DNA from: an uncultured Gemmatimonadota bacterium
GTDB taxonomy: Bacteria > JAAXHH01
DNA: 64,000 bases
Reading direction: 5' to 3'
Assembly: GCA_951812955.1 (NCBI GenBank)
Contig: OX638340.1
Location: 2,240,001 to 2,304,000 of the forward strand
The notes under the pieces: model-generated
Told to the model about the DNA's origin: nothing
The model's database searches: none
What the model saw: the letters and a program-made list of their open reading frames with translations, nothing else
Made by a program: the position numbers and the translations under genes
Shown: positions 9,096 through 17,770 of the stretch, piece after piece
Numbering within the stretch: the first letter of the stretch is position 1
How the letters are laid out: each line of letters begins with the position of its first letter

Positions 9096-10184
9096 ATGAG
9101 CACCGATCAAGCTGACCAGGAACACGGCATCAAGGCGGTCAACCAGGAATTCACGCAATACGACCAGGTGAAGAAGGAACAGACCTACAACCTGGCCGAA
9201 GGCGCGGCGGAGGAGGAATTCGACGAGGAAACGCAGATCAGGACCTGCGACATGAACCTGTTCCATCACGGCGGACCGGAGGGCAAGGCGCAGTTCGCCC
9301 GGGACATCGGTGAGGCCATGGAGGGCATCGGTTTCGTGATCCTCGAGAACCATGAAATCCCGGCCAGCCTGTACGTCGAGGCCGAGCGCAAGGTAGCCGA
9401 GTTCTTCACGTCCACGCCTATAGCGGATAAGATGAGATACGAGGCCCAGCGGCACGGGTCGGTCAACCAGGGCTACTTCCCCATCAAGCAGACCAGCCGG
9501 ATGCATCCCGATCTCGTCGAGGGCTGGGTATTCTGCCGGCGGGCCTTCAACCTGGGCGAGAACCCGGACTACCGCGAAACGGACTACTGGCCCGCGACCG
9601 GATACGAACCCTTTTTCCGCCAGGTCATCCGGCATCACGAAGGTCTGATCCTGCCCCTCATGCAGAGCATCCTGGCCTATCTCGGCTGTGACTCGACAAT
9701 GTACGACGAGAAACTCACGCGAACGAACTTCGGCTTCCGGCTCAACTACTACCCGCCCATCACCCGGGAGGACGACGAGTCCGGCGCCGGACGCATGCTG
9801 GGCCATGAGGACGTGGACCTGTTCACCATCCTGCCCTCCCACGGGGTGGATGGCCTGCAGGTGCTCAACCGCGAAAACATGAAGTGGATCCGCCTCAATC
9901 CGCCCGAGGGCAGCATCATCATCAACACCGGCGACTACATGCAGCGGATCACCAACGACCGCCTTCCTTCCACCACGCACCGTGTCAGCAAGCCTATCGA
10001 CACCAGTCTCTACGAATCGGCCCGCATCAGCATTCCCATGGCCGTATACGTCTGGGAGGAAGAAATGCTCGAGGTGCTGCCCAACACGGGCGAGCCCAAG
10101 TACGAACCCATCTCCGCCGTCCAGTTCCACACCCGGACCACGAGCAAGTACTACGGCGACGATTATGCGGTGGATGATGATTGA
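9096..10184 (+). CDS. 2-oxoglutarate/Fe(II)-dependent oxygenase (isopenicillin-N-synthase-like family)
   Basis: 362-aa ORF with the facial-triad context GHEDVDLFTILP ... LPSTTHRV and a non-haem dioxygenase N-terminal region. Confidence 0.8.
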   Translation: MSTDQADQEHGIKAVNQEFTQYDQVKKEQTYNLAEGAAEEEFDEETQIRTCDMNLFHHGGPEGKAQFARDIGEAMEGIGFVILENHEIPASLYVEAERKVAEFFTSTPIADKMRYEAQRHGSVNQGYFPIKQTSRMHPDLVEGWVFCRRAFNLGENPDYRETDYWPATGYEPFFRQVIRHHEGLILPLMQSILAYLGCDSTMYDEKLTRTNFGFRLNYYPPITREDDESGAGRMLGHEDVDLFTILPSHGVDGLQVLNRENMKWIRLNPPEGSIIINTGDYMQRITNDRLPSTTHRVSKPIDTSLYESARISIPMAVYVWEEEMLEVLPNTGEPKYEPISAVQFHTRTTSKYYGDDYAVDDD

Positions 10185-10244
10185 CGGGGACTGTTGAATC
10201 GAAATGGCTGATTCGATGTGGACGACGACTGACTAAATCGGGGC
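10161..10244. repeat. diverged tandem copy of the 3-prime end of the 2OG oxygenase gene
   Basis: gattatgcggTGGATGATGATTGAcgggg (contains the stop at 10182-10184) is echoed at 10210-10244 as gattcgatgTGGACGACGACTGActaaatcgggg. Confidence 0.5.
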
Positions 10245-10380
10245 AGAAGCGGACCCTCTTCGAGCATTCGGAAGGTCGACGACCGAAGACGAAGCGATAA
10301 TACGTCTGTCGGCCACCCAGCGGCCCGCGAATGACCACCCGTGGTAGACGACGACAGGCGGGATCCAGGAAAGGCTAAGC

Positions 10381-11136
10381 ATGACTCCCCACGAAAGATA
10401 CCTCTTCGACCTGCAGGGTTTTATCGAGGTCCCGGACGCGTTGGACGCCGGGCAGCTCGCAGAACTGAACGGCATACTGGACGAGAAGATCGACGGGGCC
10501 ATGGCACCCGGCGCCACCACCCACCGATTCGGCTTCACCCTGCTCGACTGGGGACCAACCTACCGGGAACTGATCGACAATCCGCGGATAGATCCTTATC
10601 TGGAACAACTGATCGGTCCGAAGTACCGGCTGGACCACGATTATGCCGATATCATCCGAAAAGGCGACGGTCCAATCGGCACGACCCTCCACGGAGGCGC
10701 CATCCCCTTCGACCCCCTCTACTCCTACACCTGCACCAACGAAGAGATCCGTTGCGGCCTGACTGTGGTCGCCTACTACCTGAAGGACGTAAATCCAGGC
10801 GACGGCGGATTCGGCTGCGTGCCCGGCAGCCATAAGAGCAACTTCCGGTTCCCGGACGAGTGGCGCAACCTCAAGACCGACCAGCCCTTCATCCGCGCCG
10901 TAACCGGCAAGGCCGGCACCGCCGTCATATTCACCGAGGCCCTGACCCACGGCACCATGCCCTGGCACGGTGACGAGCGCCGCACCCTCTTCTACAAGTA
11001 CTCGCCCAATTCGATATCCTGGTACGCGGAATACTATGACGCCGACCGGTACGAAGGTCTGACGGAACGGCAGCAGGAGATCCTTGAGGCACCGAACGCG
11101 CGGTATGGAGAACGGTCTAAGCGTGGGGTTGTGTAG
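10381..11136 (+). CDS. phytanoyl-CoA dioxygenase (PhyH) family protein
   Basis: 251-aa ORF with PhyH-like motifs (TLHGGAIPFD, GFGCVPGSHKSNFRFP, TEALTHGTMPW). Confidence 0.8.
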   Translation: MTPHERYLFDLQGFIEVPDALDAGQLAELNGILDEKIDGAMAPGATTHRFGFTLLDWGPTYRELIDNPRIDPYLEQLIGPKYRLDHDYADIIRKGDGPIGTTLHGGAIPFDPLYSYTCTNEEIRCGLTVVAYYLKDVNPGDGGFGCVPGSHKSNFRFPDEWRNLKTDQPFIRAVTGKAGTAVIFTEALTHGTMPWHGDERRTLFYKYSPNSISWYAEYYDADRYEGLTERQQEILEAPNARYGERSKRGVV

Positions 11137-11214
11137 GTGGGCTTTACGGATAGACCAGTTGATATTACGACCACATTTATTTGCTCATTGATTTACTGTA
11201 TCTCGAGGTTACAA

Positions 11215-11505
11215 ATGGACGTTAAGGAAGCCGTAAGTACGGCCATAAAACATATTGCAGATGTATACTCGGAAGAGGGAATCTCGCATATTGGATTAGA
11301 AGAGGTAGAATACGACGAGATTAACTCACAATGGAACGTGACCGTTGGATTTGCACGTAAGTGGGACTTCCCTACTCCGGTTCTTATCCCCGTATTACCT
11401 TCACCAAGACCAAACCAAAGAACCTACAAAATCGTAGTAATTCGTGATAGAGACAAGAAGGTCACCGCAATGAAGATAAGGGATTTAGCTACGTCGAATG
11501 AATAG
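11215..11505 (+). CDS. small hypothetical protein (candidate antitoxin/partner of the PIN-like gene)
   Basis: 96-aa ORF starting at the ATG at 11215, preceded by gaggtt. Its stop overlaps the next gene's start by 8 nt (ATGAATAG). No recognisable DNA-binding motif. Confidence 0.45.
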   Translation: MDVKEAVSTAIKHIADVYSEEGISHIGLEEVEYDEINSQWNVTVGFARKWDFPTPVLIPVLPSPRPNQRTYKIVVIRDRDKKVTAMKIRDLATSNE

Positions 11506-11968
11506 TGTGCTTATAGATACGAATCTACTTGTCCTTTTGGTTGTAGGATCTACCGATAGAGAGTTTATTAGTCGACATAAACGCACAAAATCGTTCATAC
11601 CCAGAGACTATGACGAACTGACACGTCTGTTGTCGGGATCTCGTGAGTTATGGGTTACTTCTCACTGTCTGGCAGAGACATCGAATCTTCTGAAGCAAAC
11701 CGATAAAACAAAAGCACAGATCTTGTTACATACTCTTGCGGCCTACTGCGATATTGCCCGCGAATCGCATATTCCCAAAGAGACGGTATTTGGATACGAG
11801 AACTACCGCAGACTTGGCGTCACCGACACCGGCTTCATATACTCATCCGAAACAGTCTCTCGATCTATAACAGTAGATTTCAACTTGTACATCGAACTGA
11901 GTAACCTTGGCAGAGAAGTGATAAACTTCCACCACATCCGTGCTTCGTATCTCCAGAATGTCGATTGA
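11498..11968 (+). CDS. PIN-like nuclease domain protein (candidate toxin)
   Basis: 156-aa ORF with an N-terminal VLIDTNLLVLL motif and spaced acidic residues (CLAETSN, GVTDTG, TVDFN), consistent with a PIN-fold active site. Confidence 0.5.
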   Translation: MNSVLIDTNLLVLLVVGSTDREFISRHKRTKSFIPRDYDELTRLLSGSRELWVTSHCLAETSNLLKQTDKTKAQILLHTLAAYCDIARESHIPKETVFGYENYRRLGVTDTGFIYSSETVSRSITVDFNLYIELSNLGREVINFHHIRASYLQNVD

Positions 11969-12089
11969 CACGACGATCACACAGTTTTGCACATTCCAGT
12001 GCTTAGTTTTTGGTCAAGACCAACCTGTAGTTAAAACCAACCAATGGCCCTGAAGAAATCCCAAAATTTGGTAAACACTGCCAGGAGAG

Positions 12090-13034
12090 ATGCCACCTAT
12101 GCTTGACGAATTGGTTGGATGTATCGATGAACTTAAAGATCGTATTTCCAAATACCGAAACTCACTAAATGAGAACGAAACTCGTACTCGAATGCAGTTA
12201 ATAGATCCGCTGCTTCGTGTGCTGGGCTGGGACGTCTCCGATCCACGGTACGTTATCCCAGAATTCAAGGTGTCCGATGGTTGGGCTGACTATGCCTTAT
12301 TGCGGGATGATGGTAAGCCTGCTGCTATGGTGGAAGCTAAAAAACTGGACGAACCGTTAAAGCCCGCACACCGTGCTCAGATGTTGAAATACGCAATTGA
12401 GTTGGGTATCCCATACACTGGTTTGACAGATGGAAATCACTGGGAGTTGTACAATGTTTTCCAACCGGTACCTATGGAGGACAAACAGATCTTGGATGTT
12501 ACTTTATTGGATTCCCACTCCCACGAAAGTGCACTAAAGTTACTGCTGCTCTGGAATCCAAATCTAGACGCCGGCAGCGCGGTGAAAGCAAATGAACCTG
12601 TTCTCGTCGACACTCAGAATGGCGGTTCGATTCCTCCAATAATCGTTCCGCCACCATCGAACTGGAAGGCACTTTCAGATTACGAACCACCAGCAGGAAC
12701 ACCCGCACCTAAGGCTATTAGGCTTTGGGATGACTCAGAAAGAGAAGTGCATCATTGGTATGAAATTCTCACCATAGTAGCCGAAAAGCTCTACAACGAA
12801 AATGTCCTTACATTGGAACATATACCGATTCAATGGGCTAAAAAGACCTATAGTATTCACTCTCAACCAGTACATCCGACCGGCAACAAGTTTGAAAATC
12901 ATAAAGAAATCGGTAACTCGGGATTGTTCGTAAACGTAAATTTAAATACCGGTCAAGTACGAAATAACACCCGGAATCTACTGAAGAAATACAACATTGG
13001 TACAGAGAAGGTTTACCTCAAGGTAGCCGATTAG
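12090..13034 (+). CDS. HsdR_N-type PD-(D/E)xK nuclease-domain protein with an unknown C-terminal domain
   Basis: The N-terminal 130 aa match the type I restriction enzyme R-subunit N-terminal pattern: NENETRTRMQLIDPLLRVLGWD ... WADYALLRDDGKPAAMVEAKKL ... TDGNHWELY. The C-terminal 150 aa are unassigned. Confidence 0.6.
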   Translation: MPPMLDELVGCIDELKDRISKYRNSLNENETRTRMQLIDPLLRVLGWDVSDPRYVIPEFKVSDGWADYALLRDDGKPAAMVEAKKLDEPLKPAHRAQMLKYAIELGIPYTGLTDGNHWELYNVFQPVPMEDKQILDVTLLDSHSHESALKLLLLWNPNLDAGSAVKANEPVLVDTQNGGSIPPIIVPPPSNWKALSDYEPPAGTPAPKAIRLWDDSEREVHHWYEILTIVAEKLYNENVLTLEHIPIQWAKKTYSIHSQPVHPTGNKFENHKEIGNSGLFVNVNLNTGQVRNNTRNLLKKYNIGTEKVYLKVAD

Positions 13035-13447
13035 GTAGTTTCGTTGACCTACCATGTTGAGGAGTGATATTTCTTGATCTCCACAGACAAGGTTAAGGGT
13101 AAACCACAGCATACCTCCTCACTATCAGGCACGGTTCCTCAGTACGTTGAAGCGATATCAGCAACTCGCTAGCTAGCAGCTACCTGCCCCGTCGCATGGA
13201 ATACTGGGTACAAACCGTCTTTCACTTTAGTGGCGATTTGTTCACGGCTCCGTTCGTCAAATACAATTGAGCCCACTAATTCCACCTGTTTACCTCGACA
13301 AACAAGAGTACAGATCAATCACTTCGTATGACAAAACTCATTCAACTTCTATTCGAAATTGGAATCGGTGACCACCACTCAACCTCTGAATCGTGTGAGA
13401 CTGATGAAGATTCGCTGGTACATGGAAAGGATAATGGAGTGTAATTG

Positions 13448-15622
13448 ATGAATTCAACGTCTGAAGAAACCACCACCCGTCCCTGTTGGTTTGTGGGCGC
13501 CAGTTATTCTGGTACGGGCGATCAAACTGAGCGATTTCTCACGGAAGGTATCTGGGAGAACGGCTTCGACAACGATCATCCGGCCGTCGCGATGACCAAA
13601 ACCATTCAGCCCGGAGACCCAATCGCGATCAAGTCCGCCTACGTTCGCAAACACGACCTACCTTTTGACAGTCGCAACCAGTTCGTATCCGTAATGGCGA
13701 TCAAGGCCATCGGGACGGTTTTAGAGAACATCGGTGATGGCCATACCGTTAAGGTTAAATGGAATAAGGAGGTAACTCCGCGAGAATGGTATTTCTTTAC
13801 TAACAGAGGTACAGTTTGGAAAGTATCGCCTGGTAGTGACTGGTATTCCGACGCCCTGATCGGATTCGCGTTCGAGAACAAGCCGCAGGATATCGATCGT
13901 TTCTTAAAAGTGCCGTATTGGAGGGAGAGGTATCGAGGAGACACGCTCAATGATCAACGGTTTGCGTGGACGAGGTTCTACGAGGCCTTTGCGGATAAGC
14001 TGCTCACATATAGGAACAAGCGCTTAGACTTAATAAATGGTATACAAGAAATAGCTGCCAGAGAGTATGCCATGTTGGTTCTGAGGGATCAGTTTCGGGA
14101 CGGTACGATCGGTCCACTCAAAGACATATGCCCATTTACTACCATCGGATTGTTCAATAAGGGAATAACGAATAGCAATCGAAGATCAATTGCATCAGAA
14201 CTCGCTGAATTGCTGGGAGTGTCAGAGTCGGTTCCGGATTCATTCGATGGAATACCTGTTCTCAACAATCAGAATTCCTGGTTTTTTTCGTATGAAAAAA
14301 ACCGACGACCGGAAGATATTGAAATCCTTTGGAATGTTTACTCCCGTGCAATTGCCTTCGCTGATTCAGATGATTCCGATGCGCGATCTGCTTTCGTCTC
14401 TGCTTACGACGACGCATCCGAGGTTTCTCACGTAGGTTGGAAACTTACATTTGGGCTGTATTGGATACGGCCTTGGGATTTCCCCGTCCTCGACACGAAT
14501 ACCCGGCGTTACCTGGACAAGAAACTCAATATTGAGATCGGACTAAATGGACCGAAAAGGGGATACTGTAGTGCGAACGACTACCTGACGGTCCATGACA
14601 CACTTGAAAAGAGGTTTCTGGAGGACACATATCCGGTTCGTTCTTTTCCAGAACTAGCACGCGAAGCCTGGTTGTATAAGCCCGGTGACCCGGATCCCCC
14701 GCCAGATAGCGGTCTGGATCCCCCGCCACCACCTGTCCCTTATTCACTCGATGATATCGTGAAAGACGGCTGTTTCATTGCCAGAGATAAACTCGAGTCG
14801 ATACTCAATCGACTCCGTACCAAGAAAAACCTCATTCTACAAGGCCCTCCAGGAACCGGGAAGACTTGGCTCGCCAGGAAGTTGGCCTACGCTTTGATCT
14901 GTGAGCGAGACGAAAGCAAGGTTCGTTCGGTACAGTTCCATCCCAATCTCTCTTACGAAGATTTCGTACGTGGTTGGCGGCCGGCGGGAGATGGTAAACT
15001 TACGCTCGTAGATGGCCCCTTCATCGCCATAAGGGACGAGGCCGAAAAAGATCCTACTACTCGATACGTCTTGGTCATCGAAGAGATCAACCGGGGCAAT
15101 CCCGCACAGATTTTCGGCGAGATGCTGACATTGTTGGAGACCGACAAGCGAACTCCAGACGAAGCCTTGGAATTGGTTTATTCAAAGACTCCGGATGAGC
15201 GATTCTTTGTTCCTAACAATCTGTTTGTCATCGGGACGATGAACATTGCTGATCGTTCACTGGCACTTGTAGACCTGGCATTACGCCGTAGATTTGCATT
15301 TATCGATCTGGAACCTACCCTTGGCAAGACTTGGCGAGACTGGGTCCATTCTAAAAACGGGATAGATAACGAGACTCTCACCGAAATTGAGCATCGTATA
15401 GATGATCTGAACCGGACGATCTCCAATGATTCCGGTCTTGGCTCGCAATTTCGCTTGGGGCACAGTTATGTGACGCCGCCGTTTGAACAGCCGATTAAAG
15501 ATGGGAGAAAGTGGTACAGGGAAGTCGTTGAAACGGAAATTGGACCACTACTCGACGAATACTGGTTCGAAGACCTCGCGAAATCTAGAAACGCAAAAAA
15601 GAAACTTTTGGATGGTTTTTAG
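13448..15622 (+). CDS. mcrB: McrB-family AAA+ GTPase with a roughly 450-aa non-canonical N-terminal region
   Basis: Walker A ILQGPPGTGKTWLARKLA, FHPNLSYEDFVRGWRP, VLVIEEINRGNPAQIFGEMLTLLE and FVIGTMNIADRSLALVDLALRRRFAFIDL. ATG at 13448, 8 nt after GGAG. A proline-rich linker (PGDPDPPPDSGLDPPPPPVP) precedes the AAA+ module. Confidence 0.85.
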   Translation: MNSTSEETTTRPCWFVGASYSGTGDQTERFLTEGIWENGFDNDHPAVAMTKTIQPGDPIAIKSAYVRKHDLPFDSRNQFVSVMAIKAIGTVLENIGDGHTVKVKWNKEVTPREWYFFTNRGTVWKVSPGSDWYSDALIGFAFENKPQDIDRFLKVPYWRERYRGDTLNDQRFAWTRFYEAFADKLLTYRNKRLDLINGIQEIAAREYAMLVLRDQFRDGTIGPLKDICPFTTIGLFNKGITNSNRRSIASELAELLGVSESVPDSFDGIPVLNNQNSWFFSYEKNRRPEDIEILWNVYSRAIAFADSDDSDARSAFVSAYDDASEVSHVGWKLTFGLYWIRPWDFPVLDTNTRRYLDKKLNIEIGLNGPKRGYCSANDYLTVHDTLEKRFLEDTYPVRSFPELAREAWLYKPGDPDPPPDSGLDPPPPPVPYSLDDIVKDGCFIARDKLESILNRLRTKKNLILQGPPGTGKTWLARKLAYALICERDESKVRSVQFHPNLSYEDFVRGWRPAGDGKLTLVDGPFIAIRDEAEKDPTTRYVLVIEEINRGNPAQIFGEMLTLLETDKRTPDEALELVYSKTPDERFFVPNNLFVIGTMNIADRSLALVDLALRRRFAFIDLEPTLGKTWRDWVHSKNGIDNETLTEIEHRIDDLNRTISNDSGLGSQFRLGHSYVTPPFEQPIKDGRKWYREVVETEIGPLLDEYWFEDLAKSRNAKKKLLDGF

Positions 15623-16743
15623 TGGTGAATGGCCCAGTAGTTAGTACGGCTGACGAGACGATCGAACAGGCCGGGTATATCGGTCGTATCCCTTTACGAA
15701 ATATCTGGCTGCTCATGCTTTACGCCTCTGACCTTTTCAGGCAACTTGATGCGTCTGAATACCGCTCCTTCGAAGATAATCCTGATGACCTGCCCGATCT
15801 GGTTGCCGAGATCCTATCACATGAAGTCGAACGTCGACTAAAGCGAAATCTGAGTTACGGCTACCAATACCGTAACGAAGTGCTCGGACGGGTTCGCGGA
15901 CGTATCGACCTTTTACAAACCGAAGCTCATCAACTACTGCAACGCGGCATGGTCGCCTGTCGATTCGACGAACTGACAATCGACACACCGAGGAACAGGT
16001 ACGTTCGATCCGCCCTCGAGATGATATCCAAATATGTTCGTCGAAAAGACCTGGCTCACCAGTGCAGGTCCCTCGTTGGAAGCCTTAGGCGACAGGGAGT
16101 CGTTGGAGAACGACCTGGGCGTGAGGTGACGTCAGTTGAGCGATACGGTAGACATGACGCTGTTGACCGCAAGATGGTGGATGCGGCTCGTCTTGCCTTC
16201 GAAATGGCCATTCCGACCGAGCAGACCGGTTCCAGGCACCTTCCACTACCGGACCGTGATATAAACTGGATTCGCAGACTCTATGAGAAAGGCGTTGCAG
16301 GATTCTATGATGTGGTACTTTCCAGAAGGGGATGGAATGTGTATCCGGGAACGATTCTCAGATGGCCCACGACAGTCAGAAGTCCGCGAATAGACGGGAT
16401 ACTACCCTCCATGCGGACCGATATTGTGTTGGATCATGTTGACGAAGGCCGACGGATCGTTATAGACACGAAATTCAACTCGGTTTTGTCGAGAGGTTGG
16501 TATCGAAATGAAGGGATACGAAGCGGATACATGTACCAGATCTATGCTTACCTTAGGTCGCAGGAAGAGAGTGGTGATCCGCTTGATTGTAATGCAGAGG
16601 GAATGTTTCTCCATCCGTCGGTTGGTGAGATGTTCAACGAATGGGTAGATATTCAGGGTCATCGGATCCACTTCAATACCGTTGATCTCGCAACCGATAC
16701 ACAGACCATCAGATCGCAGTTGTTGGATGCGGTGAAACCTTAA
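15622..16743 (+). CDS. mcrC: McrC-family nuclease subunit
   Basis: The GTG start overlaps the mcrB stop (TAGTG). C-terminal PD-(D/E)xK motif MRTDIVLDHVDEGRRIVIDTKF followed by YQIYAYL. Confidence 0.75.
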   Translation: MVNGPVVSTADETIEQAGYIGRIPLRNIWLLMLYASDLFRQLDASEYRSFEDNPDDLPDLVAEILSHEVERRLKRNLSYGYQYRNEVLGRVRGRIDLLQTEAHQLLQRGMVACRFDELTIDTPRNRYVRSALEMISKYVRRKDLAHQCRSLVGSLRRQGVVGERPGREVTSVERYGRHDAVDRKMVDAARLAFEMAIPTEQTGSRHLPLPDRDINWIRRLYEKGVAGFYDVVLSRRGWNVYPGTILRWPTTVRSPRIDGILPSMRTDIVLDHVDEGRRIVIDTKFNSVLSRGWYRNEGIRSGYMYQIYAYLRSQEESGDPLDCNAEGMFLHPSVGEMFNEWVDIQGHRIHFNTVDLATDTQTIRSQLLDAVKP

Positions 16744-16834
16744 ACTGACTTTGCTCTCGACATAGTCGTTCCACCAGCCCATTTCCCGCATCCGTTTGGT
16801 GTGTTCGGCAGCTTCGGTAATCTCAAGATTTGAC

Positions 16835-17761
16835 TCACCCCGCCTTCCTGAAGACCTCGAAACGACGGTCCAGCCGGTCCTGGTCCGGATGGTCACGGGT
16901 GCGTGAAGGCAGGTGCAGTCCCGATCCGTCCAGTTGCTTGAGGGCCTGGAGCATGGGACCGTCATCCTTGTCCAGCAGGCGGTCGGATACGTGCAGCCGG
17001 TAGTCGGGATCAATGCCGATCAGGTGGGCGTCAAAGGCCGCATGATGAATCTTGGACAGGGCCAAGCCGTTGGGTACGACGGGTTGTCCCAATGCCTCGT
17101 CGCCATCGGCAATGATGTGGGCGGCATCCAGTAACTGCGTTTCCGGTAGGCCGGTAATGGCACAGCGGCCGCGATAGGCGTGAAGGACAGCCTCGCGGAA
17201 CGTGGCTTGGTGGAGTCGTTCCTTGACCATGCGCAGGGCATACCGCCGCTCTACCGCGTTAATCGGAGCTTCCATCTCGGCCTGGTTGGGGTTCCCAAAG
17301 GCAAGCGTGGACTTGAGCGCGAATCCATCCCAATTGGAGATGAAGGTGGGAATGATCGCCTGATACCGGCTGGGAGACACACCGAGAAAGTAGATCACGG
17401 GAATCTGATTCTCCCAGGCAACCTTTAACCACTGGTTGTCTGCTGCTGCCGGGTCCTGTCCCATGAAGGCGTAGTCCACGGAATCGTTGCCCTCGAAAAT
17501 CTGGCTGTGGACCTGCTTTTGGTCGTCGTACCAGACTCGGCCGCCCGGTCTGGGGTACACGGTCCTGATCGAGAGAAGGTACCGCATCCGGCGCGGCTTG
17601 AATATGCCCCGCTGCGGATTGACAAGGGGGATCCTTTCGCCTTCGAATACGAACCCCGGCGCCAGTTCGTCCCTCGTAAGGTGGCCATGGGTTTCACTCA
17701 GCCGCCGCACGTGATCGAACGCGGCCATCCGCATCCTCGGATCTCGGTCGTCGACGTTCAT
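16835..17761 (-). CDS. HNH endonuclease (HNH_2-type) with an N-terminal putative DNA-reader domain
   Basis: C-terminal half has RGRCAITGLPETQLLDAAHIIADG ... NGLALSKIHHAAFDAHLIGIDPDY. The N-terminal 170 aa are unassigned (GIFKP, VWYDDQ, YAFMG motifs). Confidence 0.8.
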   Translation of the reverse strand: MNVDDRDPRMRMAAFDHVRRLSETHGHLTRDELAPGFVFEGERIPLVNPQRGIFKPRRMRYLLSIRTVYPRPGGRVWYDDQKQVHSQIFEGNDSVDYAFMGQDPAAADNQWLKVAWENQIPVIYFLGVSPSRYQAIIPTFISNWDGFALKSTLAFGNPNQAEMEAPINAVERRYALRMVKERLHQATFREAVLHAYRGRCAITGLPETQLLDAAHIIADGDEALGQPVVPNGLALSKIHHAAFDAHLIGIDPDYRLHVSDRLLDKDDGPMLQALKQLDGSGLHLPSRTRDHPDQDRLDRRFEVFRKAG

Positions 17762-17770
17762 CTCAGTCCT

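Noticed and set aside
9000-10130. 376-aa minus-strand ORF antisense to the 2OG oxygenase gene
   Set aside because: This is a typical high-GC shadow ORF: low-complexity Gly/Val/Asp/Arg-rich translation with no motifs, while the plus-strand gene has clear family motifs.
13328-13444. 38-codon ORF (MTKLIQLLFEIGIGDHHSTSESCETDEDSLVHGKDNGV) ending right at the mcrB start
   Set aside because: No Shine-Dalgarno sequence upstream and no recognisable feature. It is too short to support from sequence alone.
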